64,000 nt of DNA from Pristiophorus japonicus (GCF_044704955.1 NC_091984.1:145576001-145640000), one strand, 5' to 3'. Positions 25,196 to 37,570 are shown, counted from the first letter of the stretch. Numbers and translations are program-made. The notes: a model not told the origin generated them from the sequence alone.

Positions 25196-26310
25196 CCTCT
25201 CTGGCTACAGGTGTGGTGCCGGAGGACTGGAGGACTGCTAATGTTGTACCTTTGTTTAAAAAGGGAGAAAGGGATAGACCGAGTAATTACAGGCCAGTCA
25301 GCCTAACCTCAGTGGTGGGGAAATCCTGAGGGACAGGATAAATCTTCATTTAACAAGACACGGATTAATCAAGGACAGTCAGCATGGATTTGTTAAGGGA
25401 AGATCGTGTCTGAATAAAGTGAATTTTTTGAGGAGGTAACCAGGAGGATTGATGAGGGCAGTGCATATGATGTAGTGTGTATGGATTTTAACAAGGCTTT
25501 TGATAAGGTCCCACATGGCAGACTGCTCATGAGAGTAAAAGCCCATGGGTTTCAGGGCAGTGACAAGTTGGATCCAAAATTGGTTCAAAGGCAGGAAGCA
25601 AAGGGTAATAGTTAACGGGTGTTTTTGTGACTGGAAGGTTGTTTCCAGTGGGGTTCCGCAGGGCTCAGTACTAGGTCCCTTGCTTTTTGTGGTATATATC
25701 AATGACTTGGACTTGAATGTAAGGGGCATGATCAAGAATTTTGTAATTGAAACTAAAATTGGCCGTGTGGTTGATAATGAAGAAGAAAGCTGTAGACTGC
25801 AGGAAGATATCAATGAAATGGTCAGGTGGGCAGAACAGTGGCAAATGAAATTCAATCCAGAGTAGTGTGAGGTAATGCATTTGGGGAGGGCTAACAAGGC
25901 AAGGGAATACACATTAACTGGTATGACACTGAAAAGTGCAGAGAAACAAAGGGACCTTGGAGTACAGGTCCACAGATTCCTGATGGTAGCAGGTCAGGAA
26001 GGTAAGATGGTTAAGAAGGCATATGGAATACTTGCCTTTATTAGACGAGGCATGAATACAAGAGCAAGGACATTATGCTTGAACTGTATAAAACACTGGT
26101 TAGGCCACAGCAGGAGTACTGCGTGCAGTTCTGGTCACCACATTACATTACATTACAAGAAAGATGCGATTGCACTGGAAAGGGTGCAGAGGATGCAGAG
26201 GTTACAGGGCTACGGACAGAGAGCTGGAAAGTGGGATGAGGCTGGATAGCTCTTGGTTGGCTGGCGTAGGTCAAAACGGATTCCCTCCGTGCTGTGAATT
26301 TCTATGATTC
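25195..26310 (+). mobile_element. CR1 RT fragment
   Basis: VPEDWRTANVVPLFKKG..NYRPVSLTS and SGVPQGSVLGPLLF. Confidence 0.9.
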
Positions 26311-27814
26311 TATCATGGACAGATGCATCTACAACAGGCAGATTGTTGAGGACGAGGTCAAGTAGGTTTTTCCCTCGTGTTGGTTCTCTCACCACCTGCT
26401 CTGGGCCCAGTCTGGCAGATATGTCATAGAATCACAGAGGTTTACAGCACAGAAGGAGACCATTTCAGACCATCATATCCGCGCCACCCAACAAAGAGCT
26501 ATTCAGCCTAATCCCACTTTCCAGCTCTGGGTCCATAGCCCTGCAGGTTACGGAACTTCAAGTGCACATCCAAGTACTTTTTAAATGTGGTGAGGGTTTC
26601 TGCCTCTACTGATGAAGGACCTAATATTCCAGGTCCTGACCTACATCCTGAAGGGTGGAGGATGCTTGTGCGTGGATTTTTTTTAACATGTGGTGACCGT
26701 TGCACACCAGCCTTCACACGGGCTCGACAGAGCTAGGTCTTGGCCCAGTGGCAAGGATTAACCAGGACGACTGGAGACCTGCTCTGCTGTACGGACCGAG
26801 TGTGCACACATATCGCAGTGTGGGCTGGCCCGTGCTACCCCTGGGCCCCTGGCCACACCCCCACAACCCTCTGGGTGAAGAAATTTCCCCTCAAGTCCCC
26901 TCTAATCACTTTAAATCTATGCCCCCTGATTGTTGAGCTGGAGGAGGAAATTCAGAAACTCCAACCCTGAGTTCAAGCACAGACCATTGCTTCCTTGAGT
27001 ATGAATTGAAGCATAATTAAAGTTACATGCTCTGTTGAAGATTTTGTACATGGGAATAAAACTTATTTTATTGTAGGAGAGAGCAATTTCAGGTAATATT
27101 TTTGTGCCTGGCTAACAGAAATAGGTCCATCCTACCAACTCTTTCCATAATTTTATACACCTCAATCAGGTCTCCCCTCAGCCTCCTCTGTCCAAAGAGA
27201 ACAAACCCAGCCTATCCCATCGTTCCTCAGAGTTAAAATTCTCCAGTCCAGGCAACATCCTCATATATCCTCTCTACCCTCGGTTTAATGTCTCATCCGA
27301 AGAAATCGTACTGTTAATGAAACACTGAAGGCAAGAACTTTGAAGTGGTGGGAATACTCAATGTATCAAGACAGGAACATTGTAAACATTGATTGTGACA
27401 TCATGCACTCACAACCTCCCCATAGTATGCACAATGTGAGCACCAGACCCGAGGACAGAACCCAAGGAGATGTGCCCAGCACCAATCCAGGACAATGATC
27501 AATGTAAAGCCAAAGCTGAATGTTATCAGGGCTGCTTTGCCGATGATTGCCCTGTGATCACGGGCACCAGCAGCACACACACCTCTTGTGGGTACAGTCG
27601 TGTTGTGGTTATGTTGCTGCAGAGCACTCCACAGGCCTGCACTAATAATCCCCACAATCTCACCATGGCCCTTTGACTATTTCAATTCAGCTCTTTTTTA
27701 AATGCTGGAAATAAAAAGCTGGTCTCAGTAAAAGTGACCACAAAGCTGTCAAATTGTCACAAAAGCCCAATTGGTTCACTGACATCCTTTTGGGAAGGAA
27801 ACCTGCCGTCCTTG

Positions 27815-29315
27815 ACACATAAAAGGTTACTGCCCAAGATAAGAGCTCATGGGGTTGTGGGTAATATATTAGCATGGATAGAGGATTGGCTAACTAACAG
27901 CAAACAGAGAGTCAGAATAAATGGATCATTTTCAGGTCGGCAAATTGTAATTAGTGGGGTGCCACAGGGATCAGTGCTGGGGCCTCAACTATTTACAACC
28001 TATATTAATGACTTGAATGAAGGGACCGAGTGTAATGTAACCAAATTTGCTGATGTACAAAAGATAGGTGAGAAAGCAAGTTGTGAGGAAGACACAAAGA
28101 TTCTGCAAATGGATATAGACAGGCTGAGTAAGTGGACAAAGATTTGGCAGATGGAGTATAATGTTGGAAAATGTGAAGTTATCCACTTTGGTAGGAAAAA
28201 TAAAAATTATTATTTAAATGGGGAGAGATTACAAAATGCTGTGGTACAGTTCATTGATATCTTCCTGCAGTCTACAGCTTTCTTCTTCATTATCAACCAT
28301 AGCCGAGTTTAGCATCATCTGCAAACTTAGTATCATCTGTAATCATTCTCCCTACATTCAAGTCTAAATCATTGATATATACCACAAAAAGCCAGGGACC
28401 CAGCACTGATCTCTGCCGAGCCCCACTGGAAACAGCCTGCCAGTCACAAAAACACCCATCAACCATTACCCTCTGCTTCCTGCCTCTGAACCAATTTTGG
28501 ATCCAATTTGTCACTTTGTCCTGGATCCCATGGGCTTTGTGACCAGTCTGCTGTGTGGGACCTTCTCAAAAGCCTTGTTAAAATCCAAATACACTGCATC
28601 ATATGCACTGCCCTCATCGACCCTCCTGGTTATCTCCTCAAAAAATTCAATCAAGTTATTCAGACACGACCTTCCCTTAACAAATCCATGCTGACTGTCC
28701 TTGATCAATCCGTGTTTTGTTAAATGAAGATTCCTCCTATCCCACCCCCGAGGTTAGGCTGACTGACCTGTAGTTACTCGATCTATCCCTTGCTCCCTTT
28801 TCAAACAAAGGTACCACGTTTGCAGTCCTCCAGGCCCCCGGTACCTGGGATTGCAATGTCAGCATCGCCCCTCTCGGCCAGCTCGGTCAGTAGTGGTGCT
28901 ACCGAGACACTCTTGGTGATGGACAGTGAAGTCCCCCACCCAGAGTACATTCTGTGCCCTTGCTACTCTGCGTGCTTCTTCCAAGTGGTGTTCAACATGG
29001 AGGAGTACTGATTCATCAGCTGAGGGAGGGCGGGAGGTGGTAATCAGCAGGAAGTTTCATTGACCGTGTTTGACCTGATGCCATGAGACTTCATGGGGTC
29101 CGGAGTCAATGTTGAGAACTCCCAGGGCCACTCCCTCCCGACTGTATACCACTGAGCTGCCACCTCGGGTGATGGAGGAGTCTGGGACATTAGCTGAAAG
29201 GTCTGATTCTGTGAGTAGGACTATGTCAGGCTGATGCTTGACTAGTCTGTGGGGCAGCTCTCCCACTTTTGACACAAGTCCCCAGATGTTGGTGAGGAGG
29301 ACGTTGCAAGGTTAG
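27815..29315. mobile_element. CR1 fragments (+ 27815-28248; - 28250-28830) and a divergent CR1-clade endonuclease fragment (- ~28850-29315)
   Basis: RT motifs on both strands; PDIVLLTES..GGSSVVYSREG endonuclease-like motif. Confidence 0.75.
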
Positions 29316-29552
29316 CACTGAGCCTGGGTCTGCTGTCCTAGCCGGTCCGAGCTGCTTTTATTCTGCCTGATTGGACGGTTATTATTAGAGACTCAGACCA
29401 CAGCAGAAATCCCCCGTGCAAAAAATAACTGAAGAGACTGACAGATCGGAAGAATGAAACTTCACCCACAGAGGAAGTGAAAGAGGGAGGTTGTCACAGC
29501 TGTACGTTTGTTAATGACACGGGAGAAAACTATGAACCGCGCTCACAGCCTC
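29315..29552 (+). promoter_or_regulatory. Candidate upstream B-cell enhancer/regulatory module ~7 kb 5' of V
   Basis: GAGGAAGTGAAA 29471-29482, CAGCTG 29497-29502, AGAAATCCCC 29405-29414, ATTGG 29370-29374; non-repeat block conserved in the inverted copy. Confidence 0.5.
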
Positions 29553-30169
29553 GAATCTTACAGCACAGAAGGAGGCCATTCGGCCCATCGTGCCTGTGCC
29601 AGCTCTTTGACAGAATTACCCAATTAGTCCCACCCCCCTCTCTTTCCCCGTAACCCAGCAAATTGATCCTTTTCAAGTATATATCCAATTCCCTCTTGCA
29701 GACCTGGGCCCACAGCATTAGACTGCCCCTAACCCGGGCACAACATTGGCATCTCATTCATTCACTGGGGCAGGAAATGCCTGGTGTGGGAAATGAAGTC
29801 CAGGGCTCTGAACATTCCCTCTCCTCTCCTGAGGAAGGCTTCATGCTGGGGTCCAGTTCCATGGGTCCCAACAGCACATTCCGACCTCACCTATTTCCTC
29901 ATTCCACGTGTGTAAGCCTGGACCCTATCACCAGGATATCTGACTGCAGGAGGCCTCACCACTGTGTCCAGCATTGTCCTCACCCGAAATCCACACACAG
30001 TCTGCATTGATCTGGGGCCTTTAGCGTGCCAAAGGTCACAAGACACTTCACATCGCTGCTGTAAGAACGTGGGGAGCGGGGGTTCGGGGGGCTTTAGGAA
30101 GGGTGATTGAAGGCCTGGGTGAAAGGATGGCGTTAGATGGAGGAGAGAGAGCTGGAGAGGGGGAGGGAT

Positions 30170-32630
30170 TAGAACATAAGAAATAGCAGGAGTAGGCCTA
30201 CGGCCCCTCGAGCCTGCTCCGCCTTTTAATATGATCATGGTTGATCCGATCATGGACTCAGGTCCACTTCCCTGCTTGCTCTCCATAACTCCTTATTCCC
30301 TTATCGGTTAAGAAACTGTCTATTTCTGTCTTAAATTTATTCAATGACCCATCTTCCACAACTCTCTGAGGCAGCGAATTCCACAGATTTACAACCCTCA
30401 GAGAAGAAATTCCTCCACATTTCAGTTTTAAATGGGCGGCCCCTTATTCTAAGATTATGCCTCCTAGTTCTTGTCTCCCCTATCAGTGGAAACAGCCTCT
30501 GCATCCACCTTGTCAAGCACCCTCATAATTTTACATGTTTCGATAAGATCACCTTTCATTCTTCTGATTTCCATTCAGTATAGGCCCAACCTACTCAACC
30601 TTTCCTCATAAATCAATACCCTCATCTACGGAATCAACCTAGTGAACCTTCTCTGAATGCCTCCAAACCAAGTGTATCCTTTCTTAAATATGGAAACCAA
30701 AACTGCACGCAGTATTCCAGTTGTGGCTTCACCAATACCCGGTATAACTGTAGCAAACACTTCCTTGCATTTATACTCTATCCCCTTTGCAATAAAGGCC
30801 AAGATTGCATTGGCCTTCCTGATCACTTGCTGAACCTGCATAATAAACTTTTGTGTTTCATGCACCAGGACCCCCAGTTCCCGCTGCACTGCAACACTTT
30901 GTTATTTTTCTCCATTTAAATAATAACTTGCTCTTTGATTTTTTTCTGACAAAGTGTATAACCTCACACTTTCCAACATTATATTCCATCTCCCAAATTT
31001 TTGCCCTTTCACTTAGCCTGTCTATGTCCTTTTGCAGGTTTTTTGTTTCCTCCTCATACCTTGTGTTTACTCCTTTCTTTATATTGTAGGCAAACTTGGC
31101 TACATTACACTCGGTCCCTTCTTACAAGTCGTTGCTATAGATTGTAAATAATTGGGGTCCCAGCACTGATTCCTGCAGCATCCCACTAGTGACTGATTGC
31201 CAACCCGAGAATGAACCATTTATCACGACTCTGTTTTCTGTTAGTTAACCAATCCTCTATCCATGTTTATATATTACCCCCAACTCCGTGAACTTTTATC
31301 CTGTGCCTTTAATGTGGCACCTTATTGAATGCCTTCTGGAAATCCAAATACACCACATCCACTGGTTCCCCTTTATCCACCCTGCTCATTACATCCTCAA
31401 AGAATTCCAGCAAATTTGTCAAACATGACTTCCCCTTCATGAATCCATTCTGACTCTGCCTGACTGAATTATGATTTTCCAAATGTCCTGCTACTATTTC
31501 TTTAATATTTTCCCAACTGTTCTATAGTTTCCTGTTTTTTGTCTGCATCCTTTTTTTAATATGGGCATTACATTTGCAGTTTTCCAATCTGCTGGGATCT
31601 CCTCAGAATCCAGGGAATTTCGGTAAATTACAACCAGTGCATCCACTATCCCTGTCGTTACTTCTCTTAAGACCCTAGAATGCAAGCCATCAGGTCCAGT
31701 GGATTTATCCGCCTTTAGTCCCATTATCTTACTGAGAACCACCTCCTTAGTGGTTGTGATTGTGTTAAGTTCCTCCCCCCACCCCCCCATAGACCCCTGA
31801 CTATGCACTGTTGGGATATTTTTAGTGTCCTCTACTGTGAAGATTGCTACAAAATATTTGCTCAGTGTTTCTGCCATCTCCATGTTCCCCATGTTCCCCA
31901 TGACTAATTCCCCGGTCTCGTCCTCTAAGGGACCAACATTTATTTTACCCGCTCTTTTCCTTTTTATATACCTGTAGAAACTCTTGCTATCTGTTTTTAT
32001 ATTTTGTGCTAGTTTACTTTCATCTTCCATTTCTTTATCATCTTTTTAGTCATTCTTTGCTGGATTTTAAAAGCTTCCCAGTCTTCTGTCCTCCCACTAA
32101 TTTTGGCCCTTGTATGCCCTTGTTTTTAAATTGGATACCGTCTTTTATTTCTTTAGTTAGCCACGGATGGCTATCTTTTCTTTTACATCCTTTCCTCCTC
32201 ACTGGAATATATTTTTCTTGAGAGTGATTAAATATCTCCTCAAATGTACGTCACTGTTCATTAACCGTCCTACATTTTAATCTATTATCCCAGTCCACTT
32301 TCACCAACTCTGCCCTCATACTTTTGTAGTCTCCTTTATTTAATCTTAGTATACTAGTTTGAGATTCAACTTTCTCGCCCTCGATCTAAATTTGAAATTC
32401 AACCATGATATGGTCACTCATTCCAAGGGGATCGTTTACTGGGAGATTGTTTATTAATCCTGTCTCATTGCACAAGACCAGATCTAAGATAGCCTGCCCC
32501 CGGTTAGTTTCTTTACATACTGTACAAGGAACCCGTCCCTTATGCACTCTATCAACTCTTCTTCAAGGCTACCCTGACCAATTTGATTTGTCCAATCAAT
32601 GTGCAGGTTAAAATCACCCACTACAATCAT
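30170..32630 (-). mobile_element. Degenerate CR1 ORF2 with 3' tail
   Basis: VGDFNLHIDW endonuclease to WNSLP C-terminus on the - strand. Confidence 0.9.
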
Positions 32631-32639
32631 ACCATGAGA

Positions 32640-33338
32640 ACTTCCAGCGCGAGCTGCTCCAAGTGAGCGATGGCTTCGAGGTGGGTGATTGGGTGATGTC
32701 ATCAGGACCCAGGTCGGCATTTGGAGCATGGGCAGGAACATCGGCGGACCCAGGTAAAGCAGAGGAGTGGGAAGGTCGCGGGGAGGTGTGGCGAGTGATC
32801 AAGGTGGAGGAGCGATGAGGGATCGTGGCTGAGATTCGGTTGGTGATCGTGGCGGAAGTCCGGCAAATGTTTGGTGCGGAGGTGCGGCGGGAGATCGTGG
32901 TGGAGGTCAGGCGACTGTTTGGCGCAGAGGTGCGGCGAGAGATCGTGGCGGAGGTGCGGCGAATGTTGGTGGCGGAGGAGCGGTGAGGGATCGTGGTGGA
33001 GGTGCGGCAAATGAGGGTTCGGGGCCCAAAAGAGCCGAGGGCCCAGGGGCAGCACGGGCCAGCCCACACTGCGATATGTAAGCGCACTGGGTCCGTGCAG
33101 AGCAGGCCTCCAGTCATCCGGGTTAATCTTTGCCACTGGATAAAGGCCTCGCTCTGTCAAGCCCGTGTGGTGGCTGATGTGCAACGGTCACACATGTTAA
33201 AAAAAATCCACGCACAGGCATCTTCCAGCCCCTCAATTGGAGTTCAGGACTGGATCATCGGGTCCTTCATTGAAACATCTGTGAACTCATTTGGAAGCAA
33301 GTCATCCTCGTTCGAGGGACCGCCAATGATGATGATGA
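32640..33338 (+). mobile_element. Non-autonomous retroposon with an RTE-type 3' tail and internal GC-rich repeats (partial copy at 26610-26860, - strand)
   Basis: Ends GGAAGCAAGTCATCCTCGTTCGAGGGACCGCCAATGATGATGATG, like the RTE tail at 12087-12131; the body recurs inverted at ~26610-26860. Confidence 0.65.
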
Positions 33339-34009
33339 GTAGGTCAGTGAGGTGAGAGGTAGTAGGTCAGTGAGGTGAGAGGTAGTAGGTCAGTGAGGAC
33401 AGGGGCAGTTGGTCAGTGAGGTCAGGGTTCATATTGGAGTGAGGCAGGGTACGGACACTGCATTTTGGAAAGTTGGGGTTTATGGAGAGCGGATGAAGGA
33501 AGCCAGGAGGGGACAACGAAATAATCAAGTTTAGAGATGAGACTGCACACAGGGAGGTTAAAGTAATAGTGACCTCAGTCTTTATCAAGACACTCCAGAG
33601 TGAGGAACTGGCCTTAGAGGCTGGCTGATATACAGTGCTCCCAAGGGATGCTGGGATCCCTTGGGACTTCAGGGGATGTGCTCCCTGGTGGCAGAACATG
33701 GAAGTGCATGCTTTACAGATACACAACAGAGCCAAGCAGAGCCATGGGTTTCTTCCATCAAGTGGCTGATGTAGGGCGGAGATGGGCAACGTTGGAGATG
33801 GAAATAAGAGGATGTGGCGTTTGAAGCTCAGTCTTTGGAGAACCAATAGGAAGGAGCCATGTTTCCTGGTCTCTAGTGGAGGAGCGGCACCCTTCAGTGA
33901 GAAAACCAAGGCCTGTCTGAGGGCAGGTATTGTGACGGTCAGAGGTCCATTTTGTGGAAGGAGGAAAGGTCAGAGAGACCACAGACATTGTGCTCACCAT
34001 GGACTCCGC

Positions 34010-34215
34010 CGCTGAGTGGGGTCAGCGGCCGGAAGGAGGCCCGAGCGTCGCCGGGGGCGAGGGAGGCACGAGCGTCGCCAGGGGGGGGGCGGGGGGAGGG
34101 AGGGAGGCCCGAGCATCGCCGGGGGCGAGGGAGGCACGAGCGTCGCCGGGGGGGGGGGCGGGGGGAGGGAGGGAGGCCCGAGCATCGCCGGAGGGGGAGG
34201 GAGGGAGGGAGGCCC
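34010..34215. repeat. GC-rich tandem repeat with long G-runs
   Basis: GGAGGCCCGAGCATCGCCGGGGGCGAG units alternating with G-tracts. Confidence 0.8.
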
Positions 34216-34537
34216 GTACTTTAGGGTGAGGAGTGAAGGTCGGGCCCAAACCTGTGGATGGGGCGGGTCGGAGGCTCACAGCCGTTGAGTTCGCCGGGAT
34301 AGGTTGGAGCAGCTGAGTCGGCCAATGGGGAGTGAGCAGCGAGGGTCCAGCTCGAGGGACATGGCAGCAGGCAGGTCGACCTGGAAGGTAGGCCGAGGAT
34401 GGGCGATGGGTAGTGGGACCTTGCGTTCCGGATTTTAGGGATTTCGGGGTAGGTAAAATACTTACACCGCAGTCAATCCACCTACGGCCCAAGCACCCAA
34501 GGCCCCACCCCACTGCTGGCCAAGAACGAGGAGACAC

Positions 34538-35350
34538 CCATCAAGGACACTGAGGCAGTCAGAACCTGCTGGAAGGAACACTTTGAAGATCTCCTTAATC
34601 GAGAATCTGCCTTAGATCTGAGTGTCCTCGACTCTATCCCGCAGCACGCTACCCATCACCTTCTCAGTAAAACCCCAGCCCTGCACGAGGTTGAAAAGGC
34701 CATCTGTCAGCTCAAGAACAATAAGGCATCGGGGACGGATGGAATCCCCGCTGAGGCATTAATGTATGGCAGAGCGTCACTGTTGACATGAATGCATGAC
34801 CTCATCTCTCTCATCTGGAGGGAGGAGAGCATGCCGGGAGATCGCAGAGATGCAGTAATCGTGATCCATCTTTAAAAAAGGGGACAAGTCCGACTGCGGC
34901 AACAGCAGAGGAATCTCCCTGTTATCAGCCATTGGGAAAGTCATCGCTAGAATCCTCCTCAACCGTCTTCTCCCTGTGGCTGAGGAGCTCCTGCCGGAGT
35001 CACAATGCGGATTCCGTCCACTACGGAGTACAACGGACATGATATTTACGGCGCGACAACTGCAAGAGAAAAGCAGGGAACAGCACCAACCCTTGTCCAT
35101 GGCCGCCTTTGACCTTACAATGGCCTTTGACACTGTTAACCGCGAGGGTCTGTGGACCATCCTCCTCCATTTCGGCTGCCCCCAAAAGTTTGTCCCCATT
35201 CTCAGCCTGCACCACGACGACATGCAAGCCATGGTCCTAACCAACGGATCCATCATAGACGCAATCCACATTCGGACCGGAGTCAAGCAGGGCTGCATTA
35301 ACGCACAAACCCTATTCTCGATCTTCCTGACAACAATGCTCCACCTCACA
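34538..35350 (+). mobile_element. RTE-clade RT fragment
   Basis: LLPESQCGFRPLRSTTDMIFTARQLQEK..FDLTMAFDTVNREGLW..GVKQGC. Confidence 0.9.
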
Positions 35351-35351
35351 C

Positions 35352-35857
35352 TATTGGAGAACCAGTAGGAAGGAGCCATGTTTCCTGGTCCCTATTGGAG
35401 GACCAATAGGAAAGAGCCATGTTTCTTGGTCCCTATTTGGGGATCAACAGGAAGGGGCCATGTTTCCTGGTTCCTATTGGGGGACCAATAGGAAGGTATC
35501 ATGTTTCACGTGACCTATTCGAGGACCAATAGGAAGGAGCCATGTTTCCTGGGCCCTATTGGAGGACCAATAGGAAAGAGCCATGTTTCTTGGTCCCTAT
35601 TTGGGGATCAACAGGAAGGGGCCATGTTTCCTGGTTCCTATTGGGGGACCAATAGGAAGGTATCATGTTTCACGTGACCTTTCGAGGACCAATAGGAAGG
35701 AATCTTGGTTCCTGGTCCCTATTGGGGGACCAATAGGAGCGATCGATGTTTCCTGGTCCCTATTGGGGGATCAAAAGGAAGGAGCCATGTTTCCTGGCCC
35801 CGATTGGAGGACCTATTGGAAGGGGCTATGTTTTGTGGGCCCTATTGGAGAACCAGT
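35352..35857. repeat. 41-bp minisatellite, ~12 copies, upstream of the V promoter
   Basis: GACCAATAGGAAGGAGCCATGTTTCCTGGTCCCTATTGG(A/G)G units; isolated monomer at ~33836-33880. Confidence 0.92.
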
Positions 35858-36390
35858 GGGATGTGGAGTGTGCATCCTTCCTGTTGTCAATGTTGGATCG
35901 TCGGCACCTGATCCCAGCAAAAACTCCTGACCTGGAGCGGGACCATGGAAGGGGAAAGGAGTTGTAGGTGTTCTGAACGGACAGGATGGGGCAGTGGGTC
36001 AGATACTGTCCTGTCGCTCCAGCTCACACTGATGGGGTGAGGATCTCCTCCCTCTGCTGGGCCTTCATGAAATCAGCTTTCTGTCCAAACTGGTCTCCAC
36101 TGAGAAAAGGCCCTTAATTGGGCAATAAACAGCCAGTGTACTGAGAGAGGCCAAGGGATGGCCACTGTGGGGAATGGGGCCTTACTCCAGGAGAATGCAT
36201 GCTCTGGGGTCAAGGGTTAACACCCATTGATGGGGCAGGGCACAGGGAGGTTTACTCTGCATTTCAGTGTGCTGCACCGGGGAGTCTCTGGGGAAGGGAG
36301 AGTGACACAGAGAGTGAAACGGGGAGAGAGAGGCTATGAATCAGAGACAGAGAGGTGTAGAGGAAAGCTGTGAGACATAGGGCAATGAAG

Positions 36391-36425
<35 letters not shown>

Positions 36426-36469
36426 GGGAGAGGGAGTGGAACCGCGAAGGAGATGGAGGGAGAGAAGAA

Positions 36470-36566
36470 GAGGAAGTGAAATGTGCTGACGTGGCTTTCT
36501 CTGTGTGAAGACATTTACATACTGAGGGATGGGCAGTGAGACTCTCACAGGCTGCAGGTTTATAAA
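36470..36566 (+). promoter_or_regulatory. V-kappa promoter
   Basis: Ets-IRF composite GAGGAAGTGAAA 36470-36481, CRE-like TGACGTGG 36487-36494, octamer variant ATTTACAT 36513-36520, TATAAA 36561-36566 (60 nt before the ATG). Confidence 0.8.
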
Positions 36567-36625
36567 GCAGAGCCCAGTGAAGGGCAGTTTATCAGTAAGC
36601 AGGCACAGGGACAGGAGCAGACACC

Positions 36626-36674
36626 ATGATTTCACCCATCCAGCTGATCTGGCCTCTGGCATTTTGCATCGCAG
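36626..36674 (+). CDS. IGKV: Ig light-chain leader exon (L-part1)
   Basis: ACACCATG context; MISPIQLIWPLAFCIA(G) hydrophobic signal; phase-1 donor G|GTACC; 175-nt intron to the acceptor ccccctcag ending at 36849. Confidence 0.92.
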
Positions 36675-36849
36675 GTACCAATCTCTCTCCTTCCACGTTC
36701 AATATCTCCCTGCTGTCGATTTCTGTCCAACTCTACTGACCAGTGATTGAAGGGCAAATGCTGACACTCGAGGAGAGCTCAGTGTCTCGTTTTACAGCGT
36801 CTTTCTGTGACAGTGCTTATTTCACTTTCTTTCCCCATTTCCCCCTCAG

Positions 36850-37148
36850 GTATCAGTGGGGACATCATCATGACCCAGTCTCCCCCGGTGCTGTCAGTGA
36901 GTGAGGGACAGACTGCAACCATCACCTGTACCGCCAGTGCATCTGTTAGCAGTTATGTTGCTTGGTACCAGCAGAAAGCCGGGCAGAAACCCACTCTGCT
37001 GATCTATGCAGCAACAGCTCGTTTCACTGGAACCTCCAATCGCTTCACCGGCAGTCAAAAGTCCAACATGTTCACCCTGAGCATCAGCAACGTGCAGAGC
37101 GAGGATGTCGCAGACTATTACTGTCAGCAAGGTCAAAGCTTCCCTCTA
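36850..37148 (+). CDS. IGKV: Ig kappa-type V exon, germline (unjoined), open frame
   Basis: (G)[99 protein letters not shown]; conserved Cys, WYQQ and DYYC. Confidence 0.97.
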
Positions 37149-37176
37149 CACTGTGATACACAGCCGTACAAAAACC
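37149..37176 (+). other. V 12-RSS
   Basis: CACTGTG + 12-nt spacer ATACACAGCCGT + consensus nonamer ACAAAAACC; a 12-spacer on V is the kappa-type configuration. Confidence 0.95.
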
Positions 37177-37183
37177 TCAATAT

Positions 37184-37570
37184 ACACAGCCCCACCTCCT
37201 GTACTGACTCACCCCACAGTTATATATAATATATAATAATGGACACACAGCCCCACCTCCTGTACTGACTCACCCCACAGTTATATATAATATATAATAA
37301 TGGACACACAGCCCCACCTCCTGTACTGACTCACCCCACAGTTATATATAATATATAATAATGGACACACAGCCCCACCTCCTGTACTGACTCACCCCAC
37401 AGTTATATATAATATATAATAATGGACACACAGCCCCACCGCCTGTACTGACTCACCCCACAGTTATATATAATATATAATAATGGACACACAGCCCCAC
37501 CTCCTGTACTGACTCACCCCACAGTTATATATAATATATAATAATGGACACACAGCCCCACCTCCTGTAC
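37184..37570. repeat. 61-bp minisatellite, ~6.3 nearly identical copies, directly behind the V RSS
   Basis: ACACAGCCCCACCTCCTGTACTGACTCACCCCACAGTTATATATAATATATAATAATGGAC. Confidence 0.97.

Noticed and set aside
36807-37229. 140-aa ORF as a single-exon or germline-joined VJ gene
   Set aside because: The ORF begins in the leader intron and reads through the RSS; V and J are separate and each keeps its RSS.
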